A model generated the notes under the pieces. It saw only the letters and a program-made list of their open reading frames with translations. It made no database searches and was not told the origin of the DNA. From Lingula anatina (lineage: Eukaryota; Animalia; Brachiopoda), in contig CM120641.1 of NCBI GenBank assembly GCA_051362555.1, forward strand, positions 6,572,001-6,636,000: DNA of 64,000 bases. The letters are read 5' to 3'. Below, piece by piece: positions 37,027-50,501 of this stretch (positions are counted from its first letter, which is position 1; each line of letters starts with the position of its first letter). The translations under genes were made by a program, and so were the position numbers.

Positions 37027-39813
37027 TTTTTTAACAACATCTAAGAGAAAAATGTCTATAGTTAAAATGCAACTTTTGTTTACTTACGCATGCCTGTAAT
37101 ACACTGCTGTCATGTTGCCAAAACGTTCATGGCCTGCTATGTCCCTTAAAGAAAAAATATCTATGAAAAGGTGACCAATTAAATTAAAGTCATAATAACT
37201 CTTCATTTTGGCCAAAAATTGGATTTTCCTGGAGTAAACGGCAATTTTCCCGTACTTACCAATGGTCAGCGACCCCATTCCTACATTCAAAGTTAATCCA
37301 GGGTTTTTTTCCTAAACGTACGGTTTTTTGTTAAAATCTCTTAAGAGATTTTAACTGACGGAGCTCTCTCTGACATCGCATAGTCACTGTTGACCTACTT
37401 AAAACCGCGGGAAAAGCAGACAACAACAACACTATATAAGATTCATGAGATATATTCGTCTTTTTGTTAAAAATACATTAATATCCACAATGTGTGCCGT
37501 TCTGGGCTTTTTGTTATCCGACGCACTGTACAAAAACTCGCAACTTACGTCTGCGTCCGCATTAATGCGTTTGGCGCCATATGTTATTTTGGTCTCGAAT
37601 GAACGCGAGAATCCGCGTGACACCATTACGTCATTAGCAACGAATGCCTTGATGAAAGCTTCGAAAGCCCTATTGACAAGCACAGATTTTAGTTTTACTA
37701 CAATAACGGCCGTTTTAGTGGTAAAATACAATAGAATAAATTTCCATGCGTTGTTTACAATGTATTTCATGCGGACTTTTGAATCTCAAAGGAAGAGTTA
37801 TTATTGCTTTAATCAACATTTCGCAGTTTGTTCTGGTTTGGCAAAAAAAAAAACATTTTAGAGGGTTCCCAATGGCCAAACATTTTTCTACAACCTGATA
37901 ATAAAAATGTTGGACATTTCTCCTTCACCTGTTTACATTGCAATTAAACCCCAATTATGAAGTAAAAATTTTGATATCCTTTTTGCTCAATAATTCTCTT
38001 CCATAAGTAATAACTGCATTGTTGATATAGAAAGAAGTTGTCTATTTACCATAATTGCAGATTCACATTTGTTGACTCATTCCACTCAATGTTCTTCAGG
38101 GAAAAATCTACTCCAATTGTCAGTCTGTAATCTGTACTGAAGCCTCCTACCAGGAAATACAATAAAAAAAAACAACCACATAATTTGAAAGTATAATTAT
38201 GGAAATTATATTTTACAATTGCATTATGACCTAAGATTTATAGTCCGCACATACATGTATTGCATATTTATATTGTAAAAACATGATTCAGTGTGAACTG
38301 GTACTTTTTTATTTAGCTGATATTATGTACATGTACTTTTATGTATGTAAAATTTAGTACAAATTGATTTATGCAAAATAATAGCGGTCTGAAAAAGATA
38401 TGGCACCGTAAAAACATAAAGCAGCAAAAAAAATTATTATATGTTGAAAATATTATAATCATCTTAAAGTATGCATTAAAGATTATTTGATATGAATAAA
38501 CCTAAAACTATAATCACCATAGGTGGATCACATTAAATAGGGTATGAAATCAGATAAAGAACAGTGGTAGACTAAAAGGTAAGGATCATACCCCCCCCCC
38601 CCAAAAAAAAGAAATGAAAATAAAAAGAAAAGATATATACATGTGTGTTCACAATCTGCTTCTTTATTATTTTTTTCTAAAGTATATGGCCTTATCTTTC
38701 TCTCTCCAACCGTTTCCATTTCAGAAAATCTTTGGTTGTCCCCCTGCAGGACTAAAATTGTTTCAAATTGCCTGATGTGAATCTTTCATATAGATACCAT
38801 ACAAAGAGTTTCAAAAAATTTAATTTCATAAATTATGATAAATTATTTTGCTTACCATCCATATACCGCTTGACTATTGAGGTTTTGCCTAAATATTCAA
38901 AACAAGACAAAAATGGCAAAATCGCATGCAATGAGATTTCAAAATTTATAGGTAGCATATAAAATAATATACAGATCAATGTATAAAAATCATAAGTTTT
39001 AACAAAGAGTCCAAGAGATCATTACTTTTAAGTATTAAAATACTAACAACAATAATGACTTTATTATTTTTGCAATATGATGATAATGAAGAACATACCA
39101 GTATGCACACTAGTCACTTTACCCAAATAGTTTATATCAAAGCCCTTATATAACAGAAAAAAGTTGTTTTCAGGATATGAATAATCTTTGTCATCATATA
39201 AAAACAGTCCAAACATATAGCTATTTTATACATGCAGCAATTCTTTGACATGCCACTGCTATCTTTACACAACATGCCCTGGAAGGCCAAAACAACTTCA
39301 AGCGTCGACCTAGGTCAATAACAATGTGCAGTGTTTACCTTTTTCTTTAAAGCGCACGCATTAAGCAACAGGTAGACTCCCCGTGCTTAACGTAACGTAC
39401 AGGTGCCTATCCATTTAAGTGAAAATACGTAATAAGTGCATTTGAAATTACACAGCAAAAGTGAAATAAATTTTGGGATACATCAAACATTTGATTCTCA
39501 CTCTAAAGTATAACGCCCATCGATGCCCCTACCTTGACTTCGTCATTTTCACACGCATTTGGTTTTCGTTATAAGTAAGAACTTGTAAGCTTTACTACCG
39601 GTATGTTGCATTCAGTGAATGTTACGTAAAAACAAACAGAGTTGTTTTGCGCCCGTTAAGCATGAATGTACTACCCCACTATCTTCCCCTCATAAAGGTA
39701 AACTTCTACCCAGTCATATTTCACTCACCGACTCCCACGTCGCCGGTCACCAAAATTTTGAACTGAAATTGTCGAGGCTCTGGTAAAGTTGACACCGTGC
39801 TGGAAGGCGCCAT
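34813..39813 (-). CDS. Rab32/Rab38/Rab29(Rab7L1)-family small GTPase, 218 aa
   Basis: Exons 39813-39729, 38888-38856, 38146-38050, 37144-37088, 36838-36778, 35518-35441, 35291-35183, 34949-34813 (657 nt). FKILVTGDVGVGKTS (G1), TIGVDF (G2/RabF1), LQLWDIAGHERFGNMT (family WDIAG signature), LLANKCD (G4), WFPTSAKENINI (G5), C-terminal KKKKCC prenylation motif. Confidence 0.92.
36982..37019. repeat. (TA)n microsatellite
   Basis: About 19 TA units in a Rab intron. Confidence 0.95.
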
Positions 39814-40910
39814 TTTGCACGTGTGAATGTCAGGTGACGAGTGTTTGGTCCCTGTCGTTACACATCATTAATTTCACATTGACCTGACGCATGCATAATA
39901 CCACGTTTTGCTGCTGGCTAACAGGGTATGCTCTTTGTCCACTTTAATGGTCAAAGTCAAACCATGTCAAAGTGATGGACGCTAAATTGTTTAGCCGTTT
40001 CGTTTTTATAATCGCAATAATAAATCTACATGCATATCTGTCTATATCATTAAAAACGACTTAGGAGGACCAGCCTTCTTGAATAAGACCAGATCTTCCT
40101 TGCACGTGTAATAGTTGGTGTTATAATCAGTGCAAATACCCAGTAGACAAAGTCGACAAACTATCTTGAATGAATAAAGTTGTTAGCATCGCTATGAAAA
40201 ATTATTTTTGCATTTTGACGCTCAAACAAGAAATCTATAGTGAGTATGTGTGTGTGTGGGGGGGGGGGGGGGGGTTCCTTTTCCTTTGCTATTTCTTTTC
40301 TTTGGACCACTTGGCCTTGGGGTCGGTCACATGTGACAGGTAGGGGCAACACAATTTACGTAAGTAATCTTCCTCGGGACACATTTCTGCGCTCAAGGCA
40401 TGCAACACGCATTAGACTTAAAATTATAGGTATAAGGACCTGCAACAAATATTGGTTTTCCTAAAAAAATAATAATAAATAAAGAAATTTTCACTTAATC
40501 ACCAAAATATGCCCTTTCAAATCCACTGAAAAATTAAGATCCATAAACTCTTTTTCGAGATCTTATCCCTTATTTATTTCTTCCATTATGAGTGTAATTC
40601 ACTGGTCCACAGCTCCAAGCGTTAGAAACTCAAAAACCGGTTTATAGATAGTCACTGCCAACGGTTTTGGGTGTGGTTCACCTTGGTCATGGAGTGAAAG
40701 GTGTTAAAATTAGCAGGAAAATTCAAAAGTTTCTTTCAAAAAGCATATAAAAGTCTAACAATTATGGTATGACTTTAAGCTATTCAAGACTCGGCAATTT
40801 ATCACTTTCTCATTAACAGAAATGACCCAAGGCGCGGCACATGTTGGACCTTTTCTCCCGGCTGTGGCGAGTTTACCTTCGAGGTACTGTTTCTGCTCAG
40901 TAAAATCTAG

Positions 40911-41166
40911 GACCCCATTCTCATACCTCGATCGATCTAGCAGGATCGGTTCATCCCCGAGGAGATTCTCGCTAAATTGCACTCAACTAAAGCGGCGTAG
41001 ATGTCTGGCACGCCTACTGAAGCTGATAGGGGGTAAATAACTATCGTTTAGCAGTTTCAGTAGGCTCGCCAGACATCTAAGCCACTTAATCTGAGTGCAA
41101 TTTAGCGAGAATCCCCTCGGAGATGGACCGATCCCGCTAGATCGATCGAGGTATCGGAATGGGGTC
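40911..41166. mobile_element. Foldback (near-palindromic) MITE related to family A
   Basis: Inverted arms of ~115 bp (GACCCCATTCTCATACCTCGATCGATCTAGC... / ...GCTAGATCGATCGAGGTATCGGAATGGGGTC) around a central GGGGGTAAATAACT that family A also carries. Confidence 0.8.
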
Positions 41167-44100
41167 TGAGACTGGGTTCCCATGCCTAGATCCTATTAAC
41201 ACCGTGGTCAGAGATATCGAAAACTGACCCCCATGCGTCAGCGTGCTGTAAAATATTTCTCTCATATGGATAAGGTTAAAAGAAAGTGATTTTACATAGG
41301 TAAGTTTAACTAGATTTCGCGTAAATTTTTTTTCATCCAGTGAATGTGCCTATGAATGTGCTTGGTTGAGAAAGCCATAATAATAGATTAAATTGCATTT
41401 GACACAAGGCAAGAGGGCACACCCTGAAATTGAAAAATTGACGACAGAATTCTTAGTTTACGGCTCACTAAGAGCTATTTGAACGTTCTCCTCGGTAACG
41501 GTTTCTTTATCGTCTGCATTACCATGGAAACCAAAAAACAAACAGACTTTCCCGTGAAAATAATACCACCTGGAGTTCATTTACATGTTAAAGACATTTT
41601 TCTTGCGTCACTAGGCTAAACAAAAAGTGCGAATTGACGATTTGGAATTCAGCAATATTGCATCATCTTTTGTAAACATTTTTAAAAAGTTGTCCAAAAG
41701 GAATGGACATGAATTTTATATATTTCAAATTATACCTCTAGTACAAACATATATATGAGAAGCTCGATATAATCATACCTTAAAACACCACCAATGGACG
41801 CGTCATATTTCAAAACATCCCACTTCTTTCTTTAGTTGTTGATAGGGTTAAAACTCTGAGTTAAGTTCTTTTGTACCAAAAACATTGGGTGCTTCATGTA
41901 AGTTTTCAGCTTCGTCTGAACTATGGGGGTTGAACGGTAGTTGAATGGTAGTTGAGTCTTGATATTTTGTTTTTCATCGTTTGCAAAGACAACAATTACA
42001 CTAAAAATAAAATCTGCACGGAGTAACTACATATCTTGGCTTTCTTCGTCCCAAATGTGCACATAAAATACGGCACAGGTGCTAAATTGTGACATCTAGT
42101 GAGCCTTTTAATGTGTTATTATTCCACTTTCTTGATATTTTGCAAGAGAATTGATTAAATTTATTAACTTTAAGTTTTATCCGACTTCGTATTCCGCGCA
42201 TTCTGAACTATGTTAAGTTATAGAAACGGGTTGTTTCAAATCCACTAGGAATCATTTGAAATATAACGCACAAACAATCGTAGCTAAACACTAGACCTAC
42301 TTCGGTATTTATTTTTTTAATCTGCATATGTATCACATCATAAAGCAATAGAGTACTACTGAAATCTATTATCGTTTTAAGTGCAGGTGGAAATATTAAA
42401 AGAAAGACTAGAAAACAATTTAAAACAGGTGCAGTTTACATAGCTAAAATGTGTGCACAAAATGTGATATGATATACACTGTTGCATTGAGGAAGCAACG
42501 CTTACTCCTTTTAGGTATAATTGCCAACCACAATTTGTATAGATGTTTTTACCAAAAGTTAAATTTTGACATGAGATTCTTGTGTGGTTTATGAGGTCTA
42601 AATTGAAAAAAGTTTGACGAGGACGACCTGTAAGTTTGATTATGAAAATAGCACGAAAAGAGAAAAAGTTGCTCCTTAATACAACAAAATCTTGAAGTTA
42701 TATCAAACACTCAAAAACTAATATCAGAAAATGAGATCAAAATTAAACATTTAAACAAACAAGCAAAGTTGGTTAAATTGAACTACTAGTATGTACAGCA
42801 TTGAAATATATGATTATCATTTTCATATCAAAACAAAATTTGACCAATTAAAAACTCGTATTAATTAATATCAGCTAAAAGAGGATGTTCAATTATCAAG
42901 TGAAGTATTTATGAAAATACAGTGGCACATATAAATATCGATGAAGTCAAATTCATTTAACAATAAATGGTCCCATAATCAATACTTCTTGTTTTCTTTT
43001 CGTTGAGTTCAATTTTAATTACGAGAGCACCAAACGATCTTATACTATACCTACATTCACAAGCTATTGAAATCAACGATAACTGCTGCTTGGTGAAAAA
43101 ATTATACAGAATTTTCCGTGTAAATGTGTCACGTATGGTCTAAATGTATTTTCGGTGTTTGATATAAAAATACTTTAAAAAGTCTGTTGGTCGAAAGAAT
43201 CGACTCTTAATTTAAGTGCCACACTGATCATCCGTCTACTACCGAGATCTGGATCCATTTATATACAAGTTATTATAATTCCATCTATACCTTTACCTTA
43301 AAAATGCATTTGCTAAATTGCCCGTCGTTCCTTAACTTTTAGCTTGTAAATCAAAAGTAAGAAATGTCATAGGGCACCATGGAATTTCCGGGCCTTAATA
43401 ACCTCAGATAACAGTCGCTGCCTGTCATTTCTGTCACCCCGTGGGGAATGCGTATATTTTCGCCCAATTACATATTAAAGTTACGTCTGACATAACTCCA
43501 ACTGCTTTATACGTAGATACTGACGCGGTCGGTCTATTTACTGTTTTCTAATAAGTCTATTTGGGTTCTCCCGCTCGTTTTCTATACGCATATCACGATG
43601 CGTTGCCCATTTGACCAACCTGACTTTTGCAATGCCACTTTACAATTTTAAAACCTAAATACTGCTATACTATAATACGTGAAACAATAAATGTCATCTC
43701 TAATATTCTGTTAGTGCTTAATCTATTAAATGTAAGTTTGCTGTCACAATTTCTACAATTTTTAAATATTTTCTATCTAAAATAGTACTCTTTACTAGAG
43801 ATCACAAAAAGGTACCTCACCTCGAGTTTAGACACATTTTGTGTTTGTGCAACCAATGAAGGAGCTCTTAAATAAAAAAAGTTTATAATATTGATAACGC
43901 TAATTCGCTATATACATTATAATTAATCTGGAAGCAGGTATTTGATTTTTTCCCTTTTGGTTATTTGTTTTTTGTTGATAAAAAATAAAAAATAAGCAAT
44001 TTTAGTTATTCTGATATAGGTATTCAAGCTCTCTGTCTGAAATGTTTCATAAATACATTGAAATCGGTGTTTAAGAATTTACTGTGATAGACAAAATATT

Positions 44101-44335
44101 AATGAATACATAACCTCACCCGCAGTATTCCGATTGTCGCATAAATAATTGGTGATATGTTTATTTGAACCGCCTTTGGATGGAATGTAAATTCATACTA
44201 AATCGACATCATAGAAAATCAGTCTGGTCAGTTTCAAAGAAGCGGCTTTGATAAATTTGAACGTTTTCGTTAACTGTAAAAAAACTTAGAAGGTTGTCAC
44301 GTCTTTTGTTCTATTGAGTTCACTCGTCCTCTGAT

Positions 44336-47300
44336 TTACCAGGCTTCAGCAGCAGGGGGATTCCCGGGAGGACCTCCTGACTCCGGCACCAAGGCTTGCT
44401 GTTGATTATTCCCTCTCTTCTTTCTGTACAACAGGTAGAGAAGAATACCAAGGGCGATTAGCGCCACGGCGGGAATACTGGTACCTAGCGCAATGGTCAC
44501 AGTCTTTCGCTCCTCCTCTTGCTTCCGTGCAGCGAATTTGATGTCAAAATCTGTGTTGTCATTATTTCCGGGTACCCACTTTTCTCCCGAACCATAGGCA
44601 AGATCTTCGTCTATAATCCCATCGCCATCGTCATCAACACCGTTTGGAATTTCTTCGTCGATCCGCCCGTCGCAATCATTGTCCTTACCGTCAGCGTAGT
44701 CGGGGCTTTTGCTCTTTATACAACTGTCCCCAATGGAAGCCAGACGGGTGCCGGCTGGATAGCCGTAGGACTCTTGGTTTGTCATCCCGTACAAGAAAGC
44801 GGCGAACGATACTATTGGGGACTCGTGGTAAAGGCTGTGGGTGCCACGGCTGACTGCAATGGTGTTTCCAGAGTACTCAGTTCCGGCGATAACAGTCCAG
44901 TTACCGACAAACGCGTCCTCCTTGATGGGAGAACCGTCAAGGACAAGGCCCTTTATTTCTGTAGTTTTGATGACAATGTTGACGAAGTTTTTGTATGATA
45001 TGTAGGAGCTTTTTACGGTGGCAAATGTATAGGCTCCGGAGAACTGTTCCACTGGCGGTAGGTACATCATGAAAGGATCGGTGTTGTCACTGTACGCTAA
45101 AATAAATTAACATCACTTAATTTTTTTACTCTCTCTCTTTCACTATTTTTCTCTTAAACTCTTTTATACAGAAGATAAAACTTAGAAAATGTACCTAAAA
45201 TTCGTAACGGAGCGTGATAAAATAAATAATTATTACCAGTCTTGCAGAGCTGATTGATCAAAATGGCGTTGCTACTGTGGATGTACAAAAATTCATCAGA
45301 CGCTACATCGAGATCTAGATACTGGCCCTGGTCGACTGTATAATTGTGGACAGTTGTGTTGACGGTGCCCCGGACAGAAATGACAGTGTTTTGTTTGCTA
45401 GCTGCAAAATTCAAAATGCATAAATATAAATACACACGCACATCCAATATGAGTAAGAAACCGTCATCTATGTTAAAATGATATAAATTATCACAACCCC
45501 ATGGTTAATCAGCCATTTTTTTTTTTGAAGCATGTCGCTGAAAAAGGACCAATATACAGTATATATCGTTGACGATGCTAATATATATTTGTATATCAGT
45601 GAATATAAATATCAATCATAATATAAAAGGTGTTAATGTGTTACATTATTTTTGAACTCAAACATATGCATGCACCTTTTCCTTTCCTTTGAAACTTACC
45701 AATTATGCGGAAAATGTCTCCGACTTTCCTCTTAGCGATAGGTACGGTCACAAACTTCTTTCCCCAAGTGCTGACAGGGGGGATCATCTCCACCAAATGA
45801 TCCGAGCTTGTCAGGAATCCAACCTTGGTTCGCTTGTTTCCAGACGTGACGGCAATTGGTTTGGTGGAGATGATCTTCGTGCCGGTGAGATCGGCCTCGT
45901 TTTGGACGTGGAAGGTCTCGTATTTATCCAATGACACCTGCAATGTGCTACCGTCAACATAGGTTCTACCGTCATACGAAACGCTGATGTTTCTGTTATC
46001 ATTGGGGAAGGTAAAGGTGACACGCGTCCCGTCTTCAACGGCAACCACACCTGAAAAATTAATTCACTGGAAATGTGTCCAAATGAAGGAAACGTTTTGT
46101 TTTTGTTTTTGTTTTTTTTTTCACTGAAAGTCAGTATATTTTATAAGCTCATTATCTTGCTGTTGTTAGTAAGCTTAGTAGGTTGGCCTGTTCTAGTATG
46201 AAAAATACAATTAAACAAATCCAATGAAATGATAAAAGCCAATTTGTCTGCCCAGAAAATCATATGTTTTACCTGAAATAACCTGTGGGCCATGGCGGGT
46301 TGTCTATTAGTCAACATTGAAACTTATGCAGGGCTTACAAAAATAATAGAAATGTATAGGGATTGCCGCATTGTGGAATTTGTAACTCTGTATCTGTATT
46401 GATTTAAAAAATAAAACAGCCATCAGATCGTTACCTATTTGCGGCCCAATATATCGATCTTTCTTGGGCCAAGATGGCGCGTAATACTGTGTCCCTAAAA
46501 TATCAACTGGGAGGCAGAGGAAAGCGTCTGTGCTGAACGACCCTCTGTTGGCTCCGTACACGATTACTTCACCCGTAGCCTCGATCAGAATGCCCTTGTT
46601 TTCCTTCTTGGTTCCCTTGAGGCGCAGTCGATTGTTCAGTGTCACGGAAGTGATCTCTCCTCTGGTCACCTTTACCTGAGAAAATAGATATTATTTTGTT
46701 TTTTAATATGATGAATTTAATTTGACATTACTAACGCCCTATCTGCACGGAGAGGCGGAGAGTAAATAATAAAATAATAAGAGAACGAATGAACAAGAGA
46801 AAGAGAGACATGAAATGTTTTTACATGTACCAATCGTCACCATTAAACCATTTTGGAGTTTGGAATTCGACAGAATAATGGTCGGTAAATACCAGAGATT
46901 TGACACCTGGAAATGTGTTACAAACTTTGCACCGAATTCTGTAAAGAAGTTCCTTTGGGGTCAATGCGTCTAAATCTTCATAACTACAAACTGTTAAATC
47001 AACAATCGGTAGTTATTGTATACGTACCGTCTTTGGTTCGACGTGAGGGCGGGAGCCTCTTTCTGCGAGAAGTGGGGCGCTGACTTTTGCCTCAACCACT
47101 TTTTCCGTAGTGGTCAGGAACAGTTCCACGGGTTCGGTAGAAGGATCGTTGTCTTGAAATAAGACGACAAATTTCTTGCCCTTGTTGTCAGGAAAATCTG
47201 TATAAAAAAAGATGTCGTTATTAAGCTGTGCAACGATTTTAGTAGCTGGCGTTTTCGGGTTTGCTTTCCCTATCTGATACATTAAGTGTGACCTGTTTTC

Positions 47301-47354
47301 AGGGCCGTGGGCTGCAAGGGCGTTTGGGGGGGGGGGGGGCAACCTCCCCCTGAT

Positions 47355-47385
<31 letters not shown>

Positions 47386-50308
47386 GAGGAGGTTTTTCTT
47401 TAATGGCAACCCTTCCCTTCCTTCCAAAGCATATAGTTAGAAGCACTGGGTTAGTGGTTACTTTGAAATTATGCAAAAATGGATAAAAGAATCATTTATC
47501 GTTTCAATTTGTTTTTCTTTTTGCCATTTTCGAACATTTTAAACGTACAAATGATATGTAGAGGTGTAAGTGATTATATCTAAGATATCTTACAAATATT
47601 TTGTATGTGCATTTGTCATCTTTATTTTACTTCAAAAAAATAATATATAAGATGTGAGGGAAAGCGTTAATTATCCCGCCCTAAATACAAGAGTTTTTCG
47701 TGGAACAACAAGCAGTATACCAAAGAAACCCTAACCCATCAATAATGTCCCCACTTTACCCCCTAGAAAGTCCCACGACGGATTTTCACTTTAAAAACCA
47801 CTTCTTAAAGCGATAACATGCTTTTTTCGGGGAGACGGAAGAGTTTTACGCTTGTGTTCAGTTACATAACGAGTCCTAAGTGCAAACAACAAGGCATAAA
47901 TCGCAACCCGATCCCATCTTGTATTCGATTCTGTGATCAGTTACCATGTGAAACGAATCATGCGCGTCTCCGTTGCCATAACACGGGTGACCCTTCGGTC
48001 AACCTTGGTCTCAAGGGGAGTTGGCGAAGTGACAGCAATGTTAAAACAACGTGTGGTCAGAAGTCCACAACTATTACTAATGCGCAAGTTGGCCTCGGTT
48101 TGCTTGTCATAAACGTTGATTTTTTTTATTCTTGTATGTATACGAAAGTGGCTACGCACCATTACCATAATTGATATTTGATGCAACTTTATCCTGCCCA
48201 GGTACTAATTATAAGAACATCTGTTACATCTTGTTTTTATGCCTTTTCCTTATATGTAAGAAAACAATGATGGGCAATAATATATGTACATGGACATAAA
48301 TGGAAAGAAATAGGAAAGGGAGCGCATCTTACGTTCCCTATAAAATAGCCAACGTGATAAAAGTCACGTTCACGTTGTCATAATACATGTATGAACAGTG
48401 ATGAGAAAAGAAAACGATTCACGGTAAATGCTATGCCTCGCACGAGTGAATGATCTTCAAGCGAGTAAGTTTAAGAAATAAGGTAATATCAAAAATAAAT
48501 GAATGAATGAAGTATAAAAACCTTAACTCAATTTGACGTGAACTCAGCAATATATGAAATAATCAGGGCACTTTACCCACTAATCTAATAAGGGACGACT
48601 GCACCCTCCTGAGAAGGCGATACGCTGCTGTCGAGTGAAACAAACCTTGACTGTTGGTGTCCGCAATCCAGGTCGATCCACGCTTGACAAAATGTCTGGA
48701 AAACATTGCGTCATTCATTTTTTTTTTCTTCTCAGAATTACCTTCACGTTTGTAAATTCCATTGACCGTAACAGCATAGAGCACGCATATTCATAAGTAA
48801 GCTAGGGCAAATACGTATTTGGCCACATTTTTTTCAGGTATAGGGATTTGACCTCATTTTAGGTGACTTCCTAAACATCTAAAATATCACTATCGAACAT
48901 AATATTTTAAAATATTAAATACTAAAAATAGCATTCTATGTTTTTGAATAAACTATAATAGAAGTGGTACAAACGCCTGTAAATTCATTACTAGCATGAG
49001 TAGACCAAATCACAAAACAACAATCACCAAAAAGTTTATGAGCAATCACTACAAAGTTTGATATTTATGTTACTACAACAAAGTACGTGTACAGGATATT
49101 AGCCACAAAAAAAATTAACATATTATCTTGAAATTTTAAAAATCAAATAAGACCAGTTAATTCAGATTGTATATTTTTCTAGACATAACTGTTAACACTC
49201 AAGAAAAAACTCATATAGTTAAAAGTTCAGTACTCTGAAAATTGTTCTTGAAATAGCTACTAGATATTACAATAGTTTATTCACACAGCTTTCGAGGACA
49301 GGAATAACTGCCCATCGCCATCACCATCGCGCCCCAAAGTAAACTGTGGATGGAGAAAAATACTAGCCACAAATGTGTACACAGCCGAGTTAAATGTCTT
49401 GTATCGAGAAAACGAATTGTGCAGCAGAATTGTTTTCCAGATGTGAATGAAATTAAAGCATTATTATTTAGACAAATTGCGTTCAAAGAACGCTAATGTG
49501 TTTGGCGTAAAATTGCCGAAGTCAAATGACTCAATTTGGGCAAGAAATGAGCGTCCTGAGCAATCGTTCAGATAAAATTTGAAGAGAGATAAAAAGCAAA
49601 AAATCCCCAGACACAACATCTAATCCCGAAATCCTTTCACTGTTTTACATTTCGCAAGTGTTTATTTCGACCAAAGCGTGAACTTATGTGATGCTGGGAG
49701 TTCCAAGTCCACGGATTCCTTTGCGCCAAGCTCACTCTCATTAAATCGTTAGCGATACTTCTGGAAATCACATTACAGCTTTTGTTCCTTCCATTCTTTT
49801 TATCGTCATTCGGTTTTTCTTCTTAAATTATTTAGTCAAGTAAAAATGAATTTACTCCCTTGGAAAAAGTAACCGCGAGTCCCTTTGTTATTAAACTATG
49901 GTCTTAAAATTGTTTTATGAAACATATACTATGTTTTTGATACAGGAAATGCTCCGTCTACCCTCAAAGAAAGAATTTCAATATATTATTTGAAACATTT
50001 AAATGCCGTCTAAAGGCATTGAAAATTATTTGACCGACGAGCTCATTTTCAAAGCTATAATCAATATATGATTTAATACAAATTTATCTCGTTAAGAGGC
50101 TCTTTGTAAATTTGTGGCAGACTCGGTTGCTATGAACGCCATGTGTGCGAGATTGAGTTACTTTTAATTTCTAATTACGAGTAAGTCCAAAGGAGAGGCG
50201 CGAAAGTTTATCACATACATTTGTCATAACAGCCTACTTACCAACTGCAAGACAAGAACATATCCCCACGGCTAATAGACAAATCCATGCGTCTCTTCTG
50301 TTGGCCAT
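44336..50308 (-). CDS. Type-I membrane protein with IgGFc-binding protein N-terminal (FCGBP-like) domain, 584 aa
   Basis: Exons 50308-50242 (signal peptide MANRRDAWICLLAVGICSCLAV), 47197-47028, 46675-46435, 46050-45700, 45401-45237, 45096-44336 (1755 nt). Domain motifs DNKGKKFVVLF, STDAFLCLPVDILGTQYY, DLTGTKIISTKPIAVTSGN, DHLVEMIPPVSTWGKKF, DPFMMYLPPVEQF, ESYGYPAG. Then DGKDNDCDGRIDEE..NGVDDDGDGIIDED, a TM helix (TIALGTSIPAVALIALGILLYLLY), RKKR and a short tail. Confidence 0.88.
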
Positions 50309-50487
50309 TTTTGAAGCGTGTCCTCCTTTGGCGCAAGACTGTGTAGCAATGATCGAGTCTGTGGTTTCTGGTATTTGTCAAGGGTATTTGTATAATGAAC
50401 GTGCCGCGGTCCACGACCGGAGAGGCCAATGTGCGCAGAAACCAAGCTCAAAATGTTCGTAATTGAATATTACAAAAATTTACTTCT

Positions 50488-50501
50488 GTTGCCATGGGAA
50501 C
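50488..50501. promoter_or_regulatory. RFX X-box-like motif upstream of the FCGBP-like gene
   Basis: GTTGCCATGGGAAC, one mismatch from palindromic GTTGCCATGGCAAC, 180 bp upstream of the ATG. Confidence 0.35.

Noticed and set aside
40755-41183. Two similar ORFs on opposite strands (YLDRSS.IG.SPR.FSLNCTQ)
   Set aside because: The similarity comes from the inverted arms of the foldback element.
47300-47394. G-run/T-run tract in the FCGBP-like intron 1 producing Pro/Lys-rich ORF starts
   Set aside because: Low-complexity homopolymers, possibly a repeat remnant; the real exon starts at acceptor 47197.
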